Shown here: piece by piece, positions 49,125-60,208 of the stretch
How positions within the stretch are numbered: the stretch's first letter is position 1
Layout of the letters: each line of letters starts with the position of its first letter
Assembly: GCF_006345805.1 (NCBI RefSeq)
Contig: NC_043023.1
Span: forward strand, 3,906,001 to 3,970,000
From: Octopus sinensis
Lineage: Eukaryota
DNA length: 64,000 nucleotides
Direction: 5' to 3'
The notes under the pieces: model-generated
Seen by the model: the letters and a program-made list of their open reading frames with translations, nothing else
Databases searched by the model: none
Told to the model about the DNA's origin: nothing
Translations under genes and position numbers: made by a program

Positions 49125-49745
49125 ATGATTTTCAAAATGAGAATATCTGAAATAAATTCGACTGCAAATGAGAATACTAAAAATGAACCTGACTGCTCTC
49201 AAAAGATTAAGTAAAAAACAGGAAAAATAATCCAGAATCCTTGTTCGGTAACGGATTGATCCCAAAATCTAATCAGTTTGTGCTAGTCATGAGGCCTAAC
49301 ATCCCTAAAAGTTTCATCCAAATCCATCCCGCGGTTCTTGAAATATTTGTCCATGGCCAACAAACAAACAAATGTGACTGAAAACAATACCTCTGCCCTC
49401 GCTAAGGCAGAGGTAATAATAATAATAATAATAATAATTAGCTGGACATGACTCTTAAAATGAGAATATCTGAAATAAACTTGACTGTTCTCACAAACGA
49501 GAATACTAAAAATGAACCCAACCACTCTCAAAAATTAAGTAAAAACAGGAAAAATAATCCAGAATCTTTGTCTGGTACCAGATCGATCCCAAAATCTAAT
49601 CACTTTGTGCCAGTCCCGAGGCCAAACATCCGTGAAAGTTTCATCCAAATCCATCCAGCAGTTCTTGAGATATTTTGTCCACAGACAAACAAATGTGACT
49701 GAAAACAATACCTCTGCCTTCGCTAAGGTGAAGGTGATAAATGCT
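49125..49745. mobile_element. Tandem pair (~310 bp each) of a non-autonomous element ending in a hairpin (Helentron/DINE-like)
   Basis: aaaatgagaatatctgaaataaa...aaacaatacctctgcc(c/t)tcgctaagg(c/t)(a/g)(g/a)aggt occurs twice. Terminal hairpin acctctgcc/ggcagaggt. Class is inferred. Confidence 0.6.
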
Positions 49746-50057
49746 TCAAGTCACCTTAACTGTCTTAGTGTGCTTTGGAATGGTTTAGTAAGTGTCCTTC
49801 CTGCTGTCATATGCCATGGAATCTTGATAACCAAATTTAAGAACCTAAGGTCCCAAAACAATACCTGTTTACCTATGAAGAAACAGGCTCTGTGGAGTGG
49901 GGCATCAAATTATAGTTGAATAGATAGATTCCTTAGCTTCTCATATAAAAGGAATGTCTGCCAGGATAATCTGGTAAAGCCCTACCCCCTTGTCTCTTCC
50001 AGGGGCTTATGAGAGAGAAATATAAACCGGTACATTGGGTGAGGTTTATCTTAAATT

Positions 50058-50392
50058 GGATGCGTATCTTAAATTTTGAACAATTGAAAAAAATTTTGAA
50101 CCCTTAAATTTTGGTCCCTTAAAAAAGTTAAACCCTTAAAAAAAATTGAACTCTCAAATTTTAAGCCCTTAAAAAAGATGGACCCTAAATTTTGAACCCT
50201 TAAATTTTAATCCTTTAAAAAATTGAACTCTTAAATTTTAAACCCTCAAAAAAGTATGGACCCTTAAATTTTGAACCCCAAAGTTTTAGACCCTTAAAAA
50301 AAATTGAACTTTTGAATTTTAATCCCTTAAAAAAGGATGAGCTCTGAAATTTAAAATGCTGAAGCCTTAAGTTTTGAACCCTTAAAAAATAT
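50058..50392. repeat. Degenerate short-period repeat of acccttaaa followed alternately by T-tracts and A-tracts
   Basis: About 20 acccttaaa/ctcttaaa-like cores at 13-20 bp spacing. Confidence 0.75.
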
Positions 50393-50765
50393 AGGCGCAG
50401 GAGTGGCTGTGTGGTAAGTAGCTTTCTTACAAACCACATAGTTCTGGGTTCAGTCCCACTGCATGACACCTTAGGCAAGTGTCTTCTACGATAGCTTCGG
50501 GCCGACCAAAGCCTTGTGAGTGGATTTGGTTGACAGAAACTGAAAGAAGCCCGTCCTATATATGCATGTATATATATATGTATACTGAAGAGATGGTGTT
50601 GTGGATTTCCACCTCGGCATCCGAAATTCGGAGTTTTATTATGGCTACTGAATAATTGTCACATATTACATTTAAAGATAAATTCCTCTATTTACATAAT
50701 ATCGAGGTCTCTTCATTCTTCTGTTTGTCTTACCATTTTTATCAATATCTATCTATCTATCTATC

Positions 50766-50818
<53 letters not shown>

Positions 50819-50820
50819 TG

Positions 50821-50856
<36 letters not shown>

Positions 50857-51120
50857 TGTATGTATGTATGTATGTATGCATGTATGCATGTATGTGTGTG
50901 TGTGCGTGTATGATTGTGTGCCTGTGTTTGTTCCCCCCAACAACGCTTCACAACCGATGCTGGTGTGTTTACGTCCCGGTCACTTAGCGGTTCGGCAAAA
51001 GAGACTGATGGAATAAGTACTAGGCTTACAAAGAATAAGTCCTGGAGTCGATTTGCTCGACTAAAGGCGGTGCTCCAGCATGGCCACAGTCAAATGACTG
51101 AAATAAGTGAAAGAGTAAAA
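50392..51120 (+). mobile_element. SINE family A, split by a Penelope-like fragment (50583-50745) and microsatellites
   Basis: Head aggcgcaggagtggctgtgtgg at 50392 and tail gaaagagtaaaag at 51120. Insert starts CTGAAGA-GATG..CATC-C-GAAA-TTCGGAG-TT (degenerate hammerhead). Confidence 0.75.
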
Positions 51121-51129
51121 GAACCCTTA

Positions 51130-51335
51130 AACGTTACGCCCTCCCCATCATCCAGAGGGTCCCTAAATCGGTTTTGTTTTGCTTGGCAAGCGCTTGGCTG
51201 CGTTGTAGGAGAGAGAAAGAAGGATGAGAAAGAGAGAGAGAGAGAGAAAAGCAGAGAGAAACAAGGAGAAATAGTAAGAGAATCAGAGAGGAAGTGAAAG
51301 AGAAACGAAAGAGAAAGAAAGAATGACAGAGAAAG

Positions 51336-51378
<43 letters not shown>

Positions 51379-51660
51379 AACAACAACGATAACAGGTGTT
51401 TGCAGTAGCAGCAGCAGCAGCTGCGGCAATATTAGCAGCAACAGGCGGTGAGTCACGAGAACGAACGAGAGTTATCGACCCTTGGCATCTCCTCTGATTC
51501 CTCATACCTTTCTCCCTCCCTCTCTCTCACTCTCTCTTCCTTAATTCCTTCTGACGCCGACGAATGTCGCCTGGTGGCGCTACGTGTAAGCAGCAAGCAA
51601 GTGCGCTGGCGAAAGGCGAAGATCGATAATTGCCTTCAGACCTCGTCTTAATTAATTAAT
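51130..51660 (+). promoter_or_regulatory. Candidate promoter / 5'UTR of the plus-strand gene
   Basis: CpG-retaining and SINE-free, with a (GA)n tract, (CAG)n and (AAC)n, typical of metazoan 5' ends. GCG|GTGAGT at 51448 could be a splice donor or AP-1 site. Inference only. Confidence 0.45.
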
Positions 51661-53143
51661 TACCTGCTGTAAGTCCTATTTGATCACTTCTACGGACGTA
51701 TATATTATCACATATATATGTTTATTGCTAACATTTACTAACCAAGTGTTCAATACATTTCGAATGGATTAATATATATTATTATTATATATTATATATT
51801 ATTATTATCATCATTATTATTCCTTCTGCTTGCATCCTCATCAATTTTCTCCATCAACTGTGGGGCTGTCTTACTAATATATTAACACAATACCGTTTGA
51901 CTTTTCATATCCCAGCTTCGAACTCGCTTTAATTACAGCTTATCTTAATTATTTCCGAATTGAAACAAGAGTCACACACCTCTATATATACATACACACA
52001 CATATGTATAAGTATATATAATACATATATACTATATATATATATGTGTCTGTCCCTTGCTAACATTTACTAACATTTCGAATGGATTAATATATTATTA
52101 TTTATTATTATTCTCTCTCTGCTCGCATCATCTTCATCTCCATCCATCCATCTATTGAGCTGTTTCTAAAATACATTAACACTGACTTTTGACATCCCAG
52201 CTTTGAGCTTGCTTAAAAATAACAGCATTTCTGATTCAGTCCCGAATTGAAACACAGACACAGACACCCATATATATTAACACACACATACACATATATA
52301 TATACATCTATATACCTACAAATACATTAAAAAAATCATTTTCTTTCCCCAACCTGTCCATCCGTCCGACCGTTTGTTTGTCTATCTGTCCCGCATGCCT
52401 GTCTGACTCTTCCCCCTATCTCTCTCTACTGCGGCCCATTTATATCTAAATTGAGTATTGACTGACTGTCTAGAGTGCTAATCGATACTGTATATCATAT
52501 ATACACACACATACATACATTATATATCATATATATCAGTATCTTCTATACGGACGGTGTCACAGCGTCTCTGGTGTCAACACGCCCTAGTGCTGTATAT
52601 TAATATACATACATAGACGTGTGGTAGTTGTACATACTACAGAAAGAGCACTGCCTATATACATCTATATTATTTTATCCGTCTGAATCATCGCATATAA
52701 GCGAGAAGCTCCGAGAAGCTTCATTACCAAATAACCAAATTTTCTTCCATCTATATCTATATATATATTAAATTACGAATTGTAGATTGTCTGTTACTGG
52801 AATCAGTTTTGTATGTTAATATATATATAATATATACGTTTGGCGGTGCAAAGGAGATTACTCATACAGAATATTATTATTTTTTTGTGTGTATGAATGG
52901 TTGCATATAGCGAAAATCTAGCGACTCCTTAAATATTCGCTCAGCTTCTTCCTTAAAATATACCAATCTATACATACATACATCTAATTTTCTTCCTCTA
53001 TATATATATATATACACTGAAGACATATATTTTATATCGTTGAGCTGCTACACACACATATATATATCAATATATATATCTTTCACTGCATTGTATTACA
53101 ATCTGAGCAGCGGTGAGTCAAGCCAACTCCATCGTTGCTTTTC

Positions 53144-53409
53144 ATGAGGATGTCTAAAGAGTGTGACAAACAGCTAGTTGATGTCCCACTACCGAGCGAC
53201 GAAAGCGAATGCGGAGACAGCCCGACATTAACACCTACAACTAATACAGCATCAACAACTCTTTCTACTAATAACACTACAGCTACTACAACAACAGCAG
53301 CAACAATAACCGCTTCTACTTTTCCAAATATCTCCTGCATCACTCCAACTACCATCAACATGAAAATTATAGATGATGTCAGCTCTGATTCCCGCAGTGA
53401 AATCTACAG
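53144..53409 (+). CDS. Probable first coding exon of an unidentified gene (acidic, Ser/Thr-rich N-terminus); continues beyond the recognisable part of the window
   Basis: MRMSKECDKQLVDVPLPSDESECGDSPTLTPTT...MKIIDDVSSDSRSEIY, ending at CAG|GTAAAG (53409/53410, phase 2). Unique CpG-rich sequence in a SINE-free zone. No downstream exon was identified. Confidence 0.6.
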
Positions 53410-53539
53410 GTAAAGTATCGCCATGGATTCGCATTCCCGTCTTGTCTCTCCGTGTGCCTGTAGATGTCCGTTAGTTTCGCTTTTATATAAGTGTATATTT
53501 TTATCCATATATCTATATTTGTCTTCCGAGCATCAGTCC

Positions 53540-53863
53540 TATACACCTATCTACCTGTATGTTGGTTAATCTGTCTCTCTTTTTACCTGTCTGTCTATTT
53601 ACCCGTCTATCTATCTGTCCGTCTATCTATATACCCGTCTATCTATCTGTCCGTCTATCTATCTGTCCGTCTATCTATCTGTCTGTCTGTCTATCTGCCT
53701 GTCTGTCTATCTACCCGTCTGTCTACCTATCTATCTACCTATCTTCCATTTACGATCCCTTTTGATCGAAAACCAAACCCCCCTCTTTTATCCCCAAAAG
53801 AAAAGCTCTACCTTGTAATTTTGTCCTGTCTGTGTGCAGCCCTGTGTGGCTAATAAAGAAACA

Positions 53864-53894
<31 letters not shown>

Positions 53895-54010
53895 TTGTCT
53901 CTCTGTCTATCTATCTATCTATCTGTCTATTTGTCTCTCTGTCTATCTATCTGTCTATCTATCTATCTATCTATCTATCTGTCTATCTATTTGTCTGTCT
54001 ATCTATCTAT
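53540..54010. repeat. (TCTA)n/(TCTG)n microsatellite with a Tx1-like tail fragment (53750-53862)
   Basis: Direct reading. The tail gcagccctgtgtggctaataaagaaac resembles 55350-55380. Confidence 0.8.
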
Positions 54011-54809
54011 CAATACATGCATAATTACATCCGTTTGGCTGTGTATTCTTCATCTATCTAACTTATTTCTCTCTCTCTCTTTCTCTCCTCTCTCTCCATT
54101 AATATGTAAGTATCAATCTGTGCATTCATTCATTGATTTACCCCTCTGTCCATCTTGCTCTCTCTCTCTCTCACACACACACACACATTTATATACGTCT
54201 GTCTGTTAGTCAGTCCGTCTGTATCTCCGTCCAGAACACTCTAGCTTCACAGAATGCGCATGGTTGGTTATCTAAACTTGCAATAAAACAACATAATTAC
54301 AAACCCCGTCAGTGGTCATGTGGCCTGCTAAAAATAGTAGGCAAACATTTCTTCGATCACACTGACCAAAAAAAAAACCGAAAAAAACCCAAATACAGAT
54401 TTAAAAATTGAATTATGTAGTTTACAATACTCTGTTAGAAAATCAGATTGGATGGCCATGACTGGAATATCTTAGATCTATTTGAATAAGACTTGGTGTT
54501 AATGATACCAACCTGTATGACATGAATTAATCAGGAAAAATTATATTAGACCATTCAGTGTTTTATTAATTATTATTATTAAGGTAGCGAGTTGCCAGAG
54601 TCGTTAGCACGCCGGGCTAATTGCTTAGGGGTATTTCACCCGTCTTTATGTTCTGAGTTCAAAATTCCGCCGAGGTCAACTTTGCCTTTCATCTTTTCAG
54701 GGTTGATAAATTAAGTACCAGTTATGCACTGGGGTCGATGTGATTGACTTACCCCTCCCCACTGATTTCAGGGCTTGTGCCTAAAGTAGAAAGGATTATT
54801 ATTATTATT

Positions 54810-55385
54810 GGCTATCAGCTGAATCCATCGTGAAGATTGCCCCGCCAACCTCCTTTAACCGGGAGGGCAAGGCAGTTTTCCTTTGCCTAGTGGCTGTAAC
54901 GAAAGAGGTGATATGGTGGACTCGTTTGAAAGGGCTAAGGTCAGACACTTTTCTCTTTGCCCCAGGCCTCATCAACTTTTTCAAGTTTCACTTGAAAAGG
55001 AAGATGAGAGTAGAGAAGGAAGTGCTGTCTCGTAGCAAGTTTATTGAAAGGTGGGTGAATGTCGCAAGAATGGCCAGTGTGAACGGACCAATTCTGAGGA
55101 TACACCTGTAGAAAAAAAAAGGTAATATAAAAAGAGAAAAGGGCTCTCTACCTCCTTTTTGACCAGGTTATCGTGACTTTTATGGGTTTTTCCACGAGTA
55201 ACCTTTCGAAGTGCCTCCCCCTATTGGGAGTTTTAATTGTTACTTATTTTTCGTTGTCATCCTGCTTTTGTACATGGACCTTTTTTCAAACGGACAAAAC
55301 CCTTTTTAACTTTCATCCTGTGTTTTGTCCCTTTATGTATTAATTAATTTTTGTTAGCCCTTGTGGCTAATAAATGAATTAATTA
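54810..55385 (+). mobile_element. Tx1/L1-like LINE 3' end
   Basis: LVAVTKEVIWWTRLKGL...FHLKRKMRVEKEVLS...FIERWVNVARMASV resembles Tx1-type ORF2 C-termini. The pyrimidine-rich UTR ends ttagcccttgtggctaataaatgaatt. Clade is from recall. Confidence 0.55.
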
Positions 55386-55394
55386 TTATTATTA

Positions 55395-57065
55395 TCTCTG
55401 TCCTTACATTCTGAATGGAAATTCTGCCAAAGTCAATTTGCCATTAAGCTCTTTCGGGGTCAATGAAATATATACCAGTTGTGCACTGGGGGTTAATGTA
55501 CTCGACTTGTTCTCTCCCCCGGAAATTCTGGCCTTGTGCCAAAATTTGAAACCATTATTATAATTATTATGATTATTAGTCTAAGTTCAAATTCTGCTGA
55601 GGTCGACTTTGTCTTTCCTCCTTTCAGGGTTGATGAATTAAGTACCAGTTATGCACTGGGGTCAATGCAACTGACTAGTTCCCACCCCTAAAATTTCAGG
55701 CCTTGTGCCTTTTGTAGAAAGGATTATTATTATTATTTATTTATTTATTTCTTTACTACCCACAAGGGGACAAACAAGGACAGACAAACAGATTAAGTCG
55801 ATTATATCGACCCCAGTGCGTAACTGGTACTTAATTTATCGATCCCGAAGGGATGAAAGGTAAAGTCGACCACGGCGGAATTTGAACTCAGAACGTAGCG
55901 GCAGCCGAAATACCTATTTCTTTACTACCCACAAGGGGCTAAACACAGAGAAGACAAACAAGAACAGACAAACGGATTAAGTCGATTATATCGACCCCAG
56001 TGTGTAACTGGTACTTAATTTATCGACCCTTAAAGAATGAAAGGCAAAGTCGACTTCGGCGGAATTTGAACTCAGAACGTTGCAGCAGCCGAAATACCTA
56101 TTTCTTTACTGCCCACAAGGGGCTAAACACAGAGAGGACAAACAAGGACAGACAAACGGATTAAGTCGATTATATCGACCCCAGTACTTATTTAATCGAC
56201 CCCGAAAGGATGAAAGGCAAAGTCGACTTCGGTGGAATTTGAACTCAGAACGTTGCGGCAGACGAAATACCACTAAGCATTTCACTCGGCATGCTAACAT
56301 TTCTGCCAGCTTGCCTTATTATTATTATTATTATCTCTGTCTTCACATTCTGAGTTCAAATTCCGCTGAGTCCAACTTTGCCTTTCATCCCTTCAGGGTC
56401 CTGAAATAAGTACACTGGGTCAGTGTAATAGGCCTTAGGCCTATAGTAGAAAGGATTATCAATTACATCGACCTACCCCCAGTACTCATCTGGTACCTAT
56501 TTTATTGACCCCTAAAAGGATGAAAGGTAAAGCTGAGGTTGATTTTAGCCTTTCATCCTTTTGGGGTGAATCAATTAAGTACCAGTTTAGTACTGGGGTC
56601 AATGTAATCAACTAACCCCCTCTCCCAAATTTCAGACCTTGTTCCTTTAGTAGAAAGGATTATTATTATTATTATTATTAAGGCGCTGAGCTGGCAGAAT
56701 TGTTAATAAGCTGGGCAAAATGCCTAGCAGCATATCATCTGTCCTTGCGTTCTGAGTTCAAATTCTGCTGAGGTTGACTTCGTCTTTCATCCTTTCAGGG
56801 GTCAATAAAATGAGTACCAGCTGTGTATGGGGGTTGATGTAACCAGCATACTCCTCCCCTGAACTTACTGGCCTTGTGCCAAAATTGGGAGTCAATATTA
56901 TTGTTATTATTATTATTACTTTGTTTTTACATTTAGAGTGCAAATTCTGCTGAGTTTGACTTTGCCTTTCATCCTTTTGGGGTTAAGTACCAGCTGAATA
57001 CTAGGGTCGATGTCATCAGCTGAATACTGAATTTTCTGGCCTTGTGCCAAAATTTGAAATCATTA
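55395..57065. mobile_element. Dense SINE-B cluster in both orientations, including a minus-strand trimer (55740-56315)
   Basis: About 10 copies of the gtcgactttgcctttcatcctttcggggtcgataaa body. Trimer junctions gaaatac|ctatttc at ~55913 and ~56097. Confidence 0.85.
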
Positions 57066-58215
57066 TTACTGAGTGAGAGAGCAATGCAGTGACACTGGGG
57101 TGCATATGTATAAAGCTCAATGTACCCATTATGACTACCCATCTGATAAGGGTACATCAGGCACCAACACCCACATGTGTGCTATGGTGATCTTGTATCA
57201 AGATAAACAGTACATGACCTTGCCAGTGGGGCCAATTAGAATTTTCTTGAAGATAAGTAACCCATCCTGCTCAAAAGGTCCCTGAATAAGGGCTGTTTAA
57301 GGATGTTGAACAAAACACCCATGTTTCCAGAGGTGAATTATTCAAACCCCAAAGAATTCTTCTCAACACATGGCTATGATGCTCCCCACTACTTCTGCTC
57401 ATGATCTGAGATAAACAGCACATGACCTAGCAGGTGGGGCCTAGTTAGAATTTTCTTCAGGTCGAGTAACCCATCCCACTCGAAAGGTCCCTGAATAAGG
57501 GTTGTTTAAGGATGTTGAACAAAACACCCATGTTTCCAGAGGTGAATTATTCAAACCCCAAAGAATTCTTCTCAACACATGGCTATGATGCTCCCCCACT
57601 ACTTCTGCTCATGATCTGAGATAAACAGCACATGACCTTGCAGGTGGGGTTCAGTTAGAATTTTCTTCAGGTCAAGTTACCCATTCCTGCTCGAAAGGTC
57701 CCTGAATAAGGGCAGTGCATGCCAATAAAGTGACACTGGGGTAAAATATGCAAAGCCCAGTATACCCATCATGACTACCCGTCTGATAAGGGTACACTAG
57801 GCACATGCATCACAACCATATGTGCGCGACATGGTGATCTCATATCAAGATAAACAGCGCATGACCTTGCAGGTGGGGCCCAGTTAGAATTTTCTTCTGG
57901 TCGAGTAACCCATCCTGCTCAAAAGGTCCCTGAATAAGGGTTGTTTAAGGATGTTCAACCAAACACTCTTGTTTCCAGAGGTGAATTATCCAAACCCCAA
58001 AGAATCCCTCTCAACACACGGCTATGATGCTCCCCCACTACTCCTGCTTGTGATCAGAGATGCACATATCGTCAGCCACTAAGGGACATGGTCAACTGGT
58101 TAAGGTCAAGCAAATCTGTGGCATTGAGCAGAATATTTGCTGTAGCCCATCTTTTACACCAAGACAAAACAATGTACATGATAATACTTCCAATCAGTTA
58201 AGATCAGAAGCCATG
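57065..58215 (+). repeat. Unclassified interspersed repeat in tandem (~190-bp subunit, four times)
   Basis: ttagaattttcttc...aaaggtccctgaataaggg recurs at ~57237, 57445, 57655 and 57884. Same family as 30120-30445. Confidence 0.8.
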
Positions 58216-58249
58216 GTACTGCATCAGGGCATATTATTATTATAATCAA

Positions 58250-58610
58250 AATCAAATTCAATGACTGGCGTCCGTGCTAGCAGGGTGCAAAGAGCATCAT
58301 ACGAGTGTGATCATTGACAGAGCGGCTAACCGGCTTCCGTGCCAGTGGCACTTAAAGGGCACCATTCGAGTGTGATCATTACCAGCGAAGTCGTTGCCAG
58401 TACTGCCTGACTGGCCCTGTGCTGGTGGCACGTAAAAGCACCCACTACACTCATGGGGTGGTTGATGTTAGGAAGGGCATCCAGCTGTAGAAACTCTGCC
58501 AGATCAAGATTGGAGCCTGGTGCAGCCATCTGGTTCGCCAGACCTCAGGCAAAATCGTCCAACCCATTCTAGCATGGAAGGTGGGCGTTAAACGATGATT
58601 ATGATGATTA
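58250..58610 (+). mobile_element. RTE LINE 3' tail
   Basis: gtggcacgtaaaagcacccactacactc...gggcgttaaacgatgattatgatg. Confidence 0.8.
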
Positions 58611-58623
58611 TTATTATACTTAA

Positions 58624-58842
58624 TCCTCTTGGGACACTCAGGCCAATTGATTGGCCCAAGTGATACAAGCTGAAAGGACTCTGAGGCCTATCAATCAGCC
58701 TGATGGAACAAACTTTGTGAATGGTTGGTTTTGAAGTTTAACAGCCAATCAGAGATCACCTTTCAGTAGATGTATCTTAATAGAAAAAAGAATTTGGTCT
58801 TTTTGGCTACACATACCAAAAACACTGTGTGTCTCAAAAGGG
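58624..58842. mobile_element. TTAA-flanked (piggyBac-like) MITE
   Basis: TTAA|tcctcttgggacac ... gtgtctcaaaaggg|TTAA. Confidence 0.6.
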
Positions 58843-59021
58843 TTAAGGCTCTTGCTGGTTCCGAGTTCAAATTCTGCCGAGGTCAACTTTGCCTTTTAAC
58901 CTTTTGGGGTCGATGAAATAAGTACCAGTTGAGCACTGGGGTTGATGTAATTGACTTACATTCTCCCACCTAATTTTAGGGCTTGTGCCTATTGTAGAAA
59001 GGGTCATTATTATTATGATTA

Positions 59022-59397
59022 TCTCTCTTTATATAAAGCTGAAGTTGTCTGTGTACGGCAGGTTTGGTAGCCTTCATCTAACACTATCTTCTCCGAGACC
59101 CTATGGCGCAAGTTGACCAAAATTGAGAGTATGATAGAAGAAGGCTTGCTCTTCCTTTTGAAGAAGAAAAAATTCAAATTGGACCATATTAACACCAACA
59201 TTTATTTACATCATAAAGGTGCTTTTCTTCTATGAAAATCCCTATTTTTTACGATTTTTTGACTGCTGTGTTGCCATCTTTCGGTGTATTTCAACCAGAA
59301 AAATGTTCATTTAAAGAGAATAACAAGCTTGCAAAATTTTTATTTTTCAAAAATTCCAATTCTAAAGGGTCGAAACAAACTTGAGCGATACTGCTAG
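59022..59397 (+). mobile_element. Non-autonomous Helitron, subterminal hairpin deleted
   Basis: A|TCTCTCTTTATATAAAGCTG ... ttgagcgatactgCTAG|T. Same family as 39717-40093. Confidence 0.85.
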
Positions 59398-60208
59398 TTG
59401 TTATTATTCCTATAGTGAAAATGTTAATTTTAACACACAGTAATACATCTATGAATTATATAGATATGTGTGTGAATATGAATACACACACACACACATA
59501 CAGGTGTAGCTGTGTGGTAAGAAAGCGGCGAGTTGGCAGAATCGTTAGCACATCGGGCGAAATGCTTAGTGGTATTTCGTCTGTCTTTACGTTCTGAGTT
59601 CAAATTCTGCCAAGGTCGACTTTGCCTTTCATCCTTTTGGGGTCAATTAAATAAGTACCAGTTATGCACTGGGGTCAATATAATTGACTTAATCAGTTTG
59701 TCTGTCCTTGTGTGTCCCCTCTATGTTTAGCCCCTTGTGGACAATAAAGAAATAAGAAGTTTGCTTCTCAATCAACCATAGTTTGGGGTTCAGTCCCACT
59801 GAGTGGCACCTTTGGCAAGTTGGTTAAGTACTGGGGTCAATTCATTCAACCAAAATTCTTCGAGGTGGTGCCCCAGCATGGCCACAGTCTAATAATTGAA
59901 GTAAAAGATAAGTGAGATTTAGAATTACATATGCTCCAAGGCCTCTTCAGGTCACATTGCATTGGATAACCTGTTTAGTGTTTTTGGTGGTGTTATGTAT
60001 ACCCAGGGGCACCATAACAAAGAAGTCAACAGCTAAGTTCACCAGATAACAGTTGTAGTTGTGTTTAACCCTTTAGTATTAAAACCAGCCATACCTGGCC
60101 AAATTAGTGTACTTGGCCAGATCAGACCTCTCACAACAACACTACAATATGACTCTAAGAATTAATCACATTATCAAAATCTTGAAGTGACAAGATAATG
60201 CCTGATTA

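Noticed and set aside
2515-59730. Recurrent ORFs such as MPKVPxSGTEPGTMWLVSKLLTTQPL and MTTDAGVFTSP
   Set aside because: They are chance frames through SINE-A/B and RTE UTR copies, and start and stop positions vary between copies.
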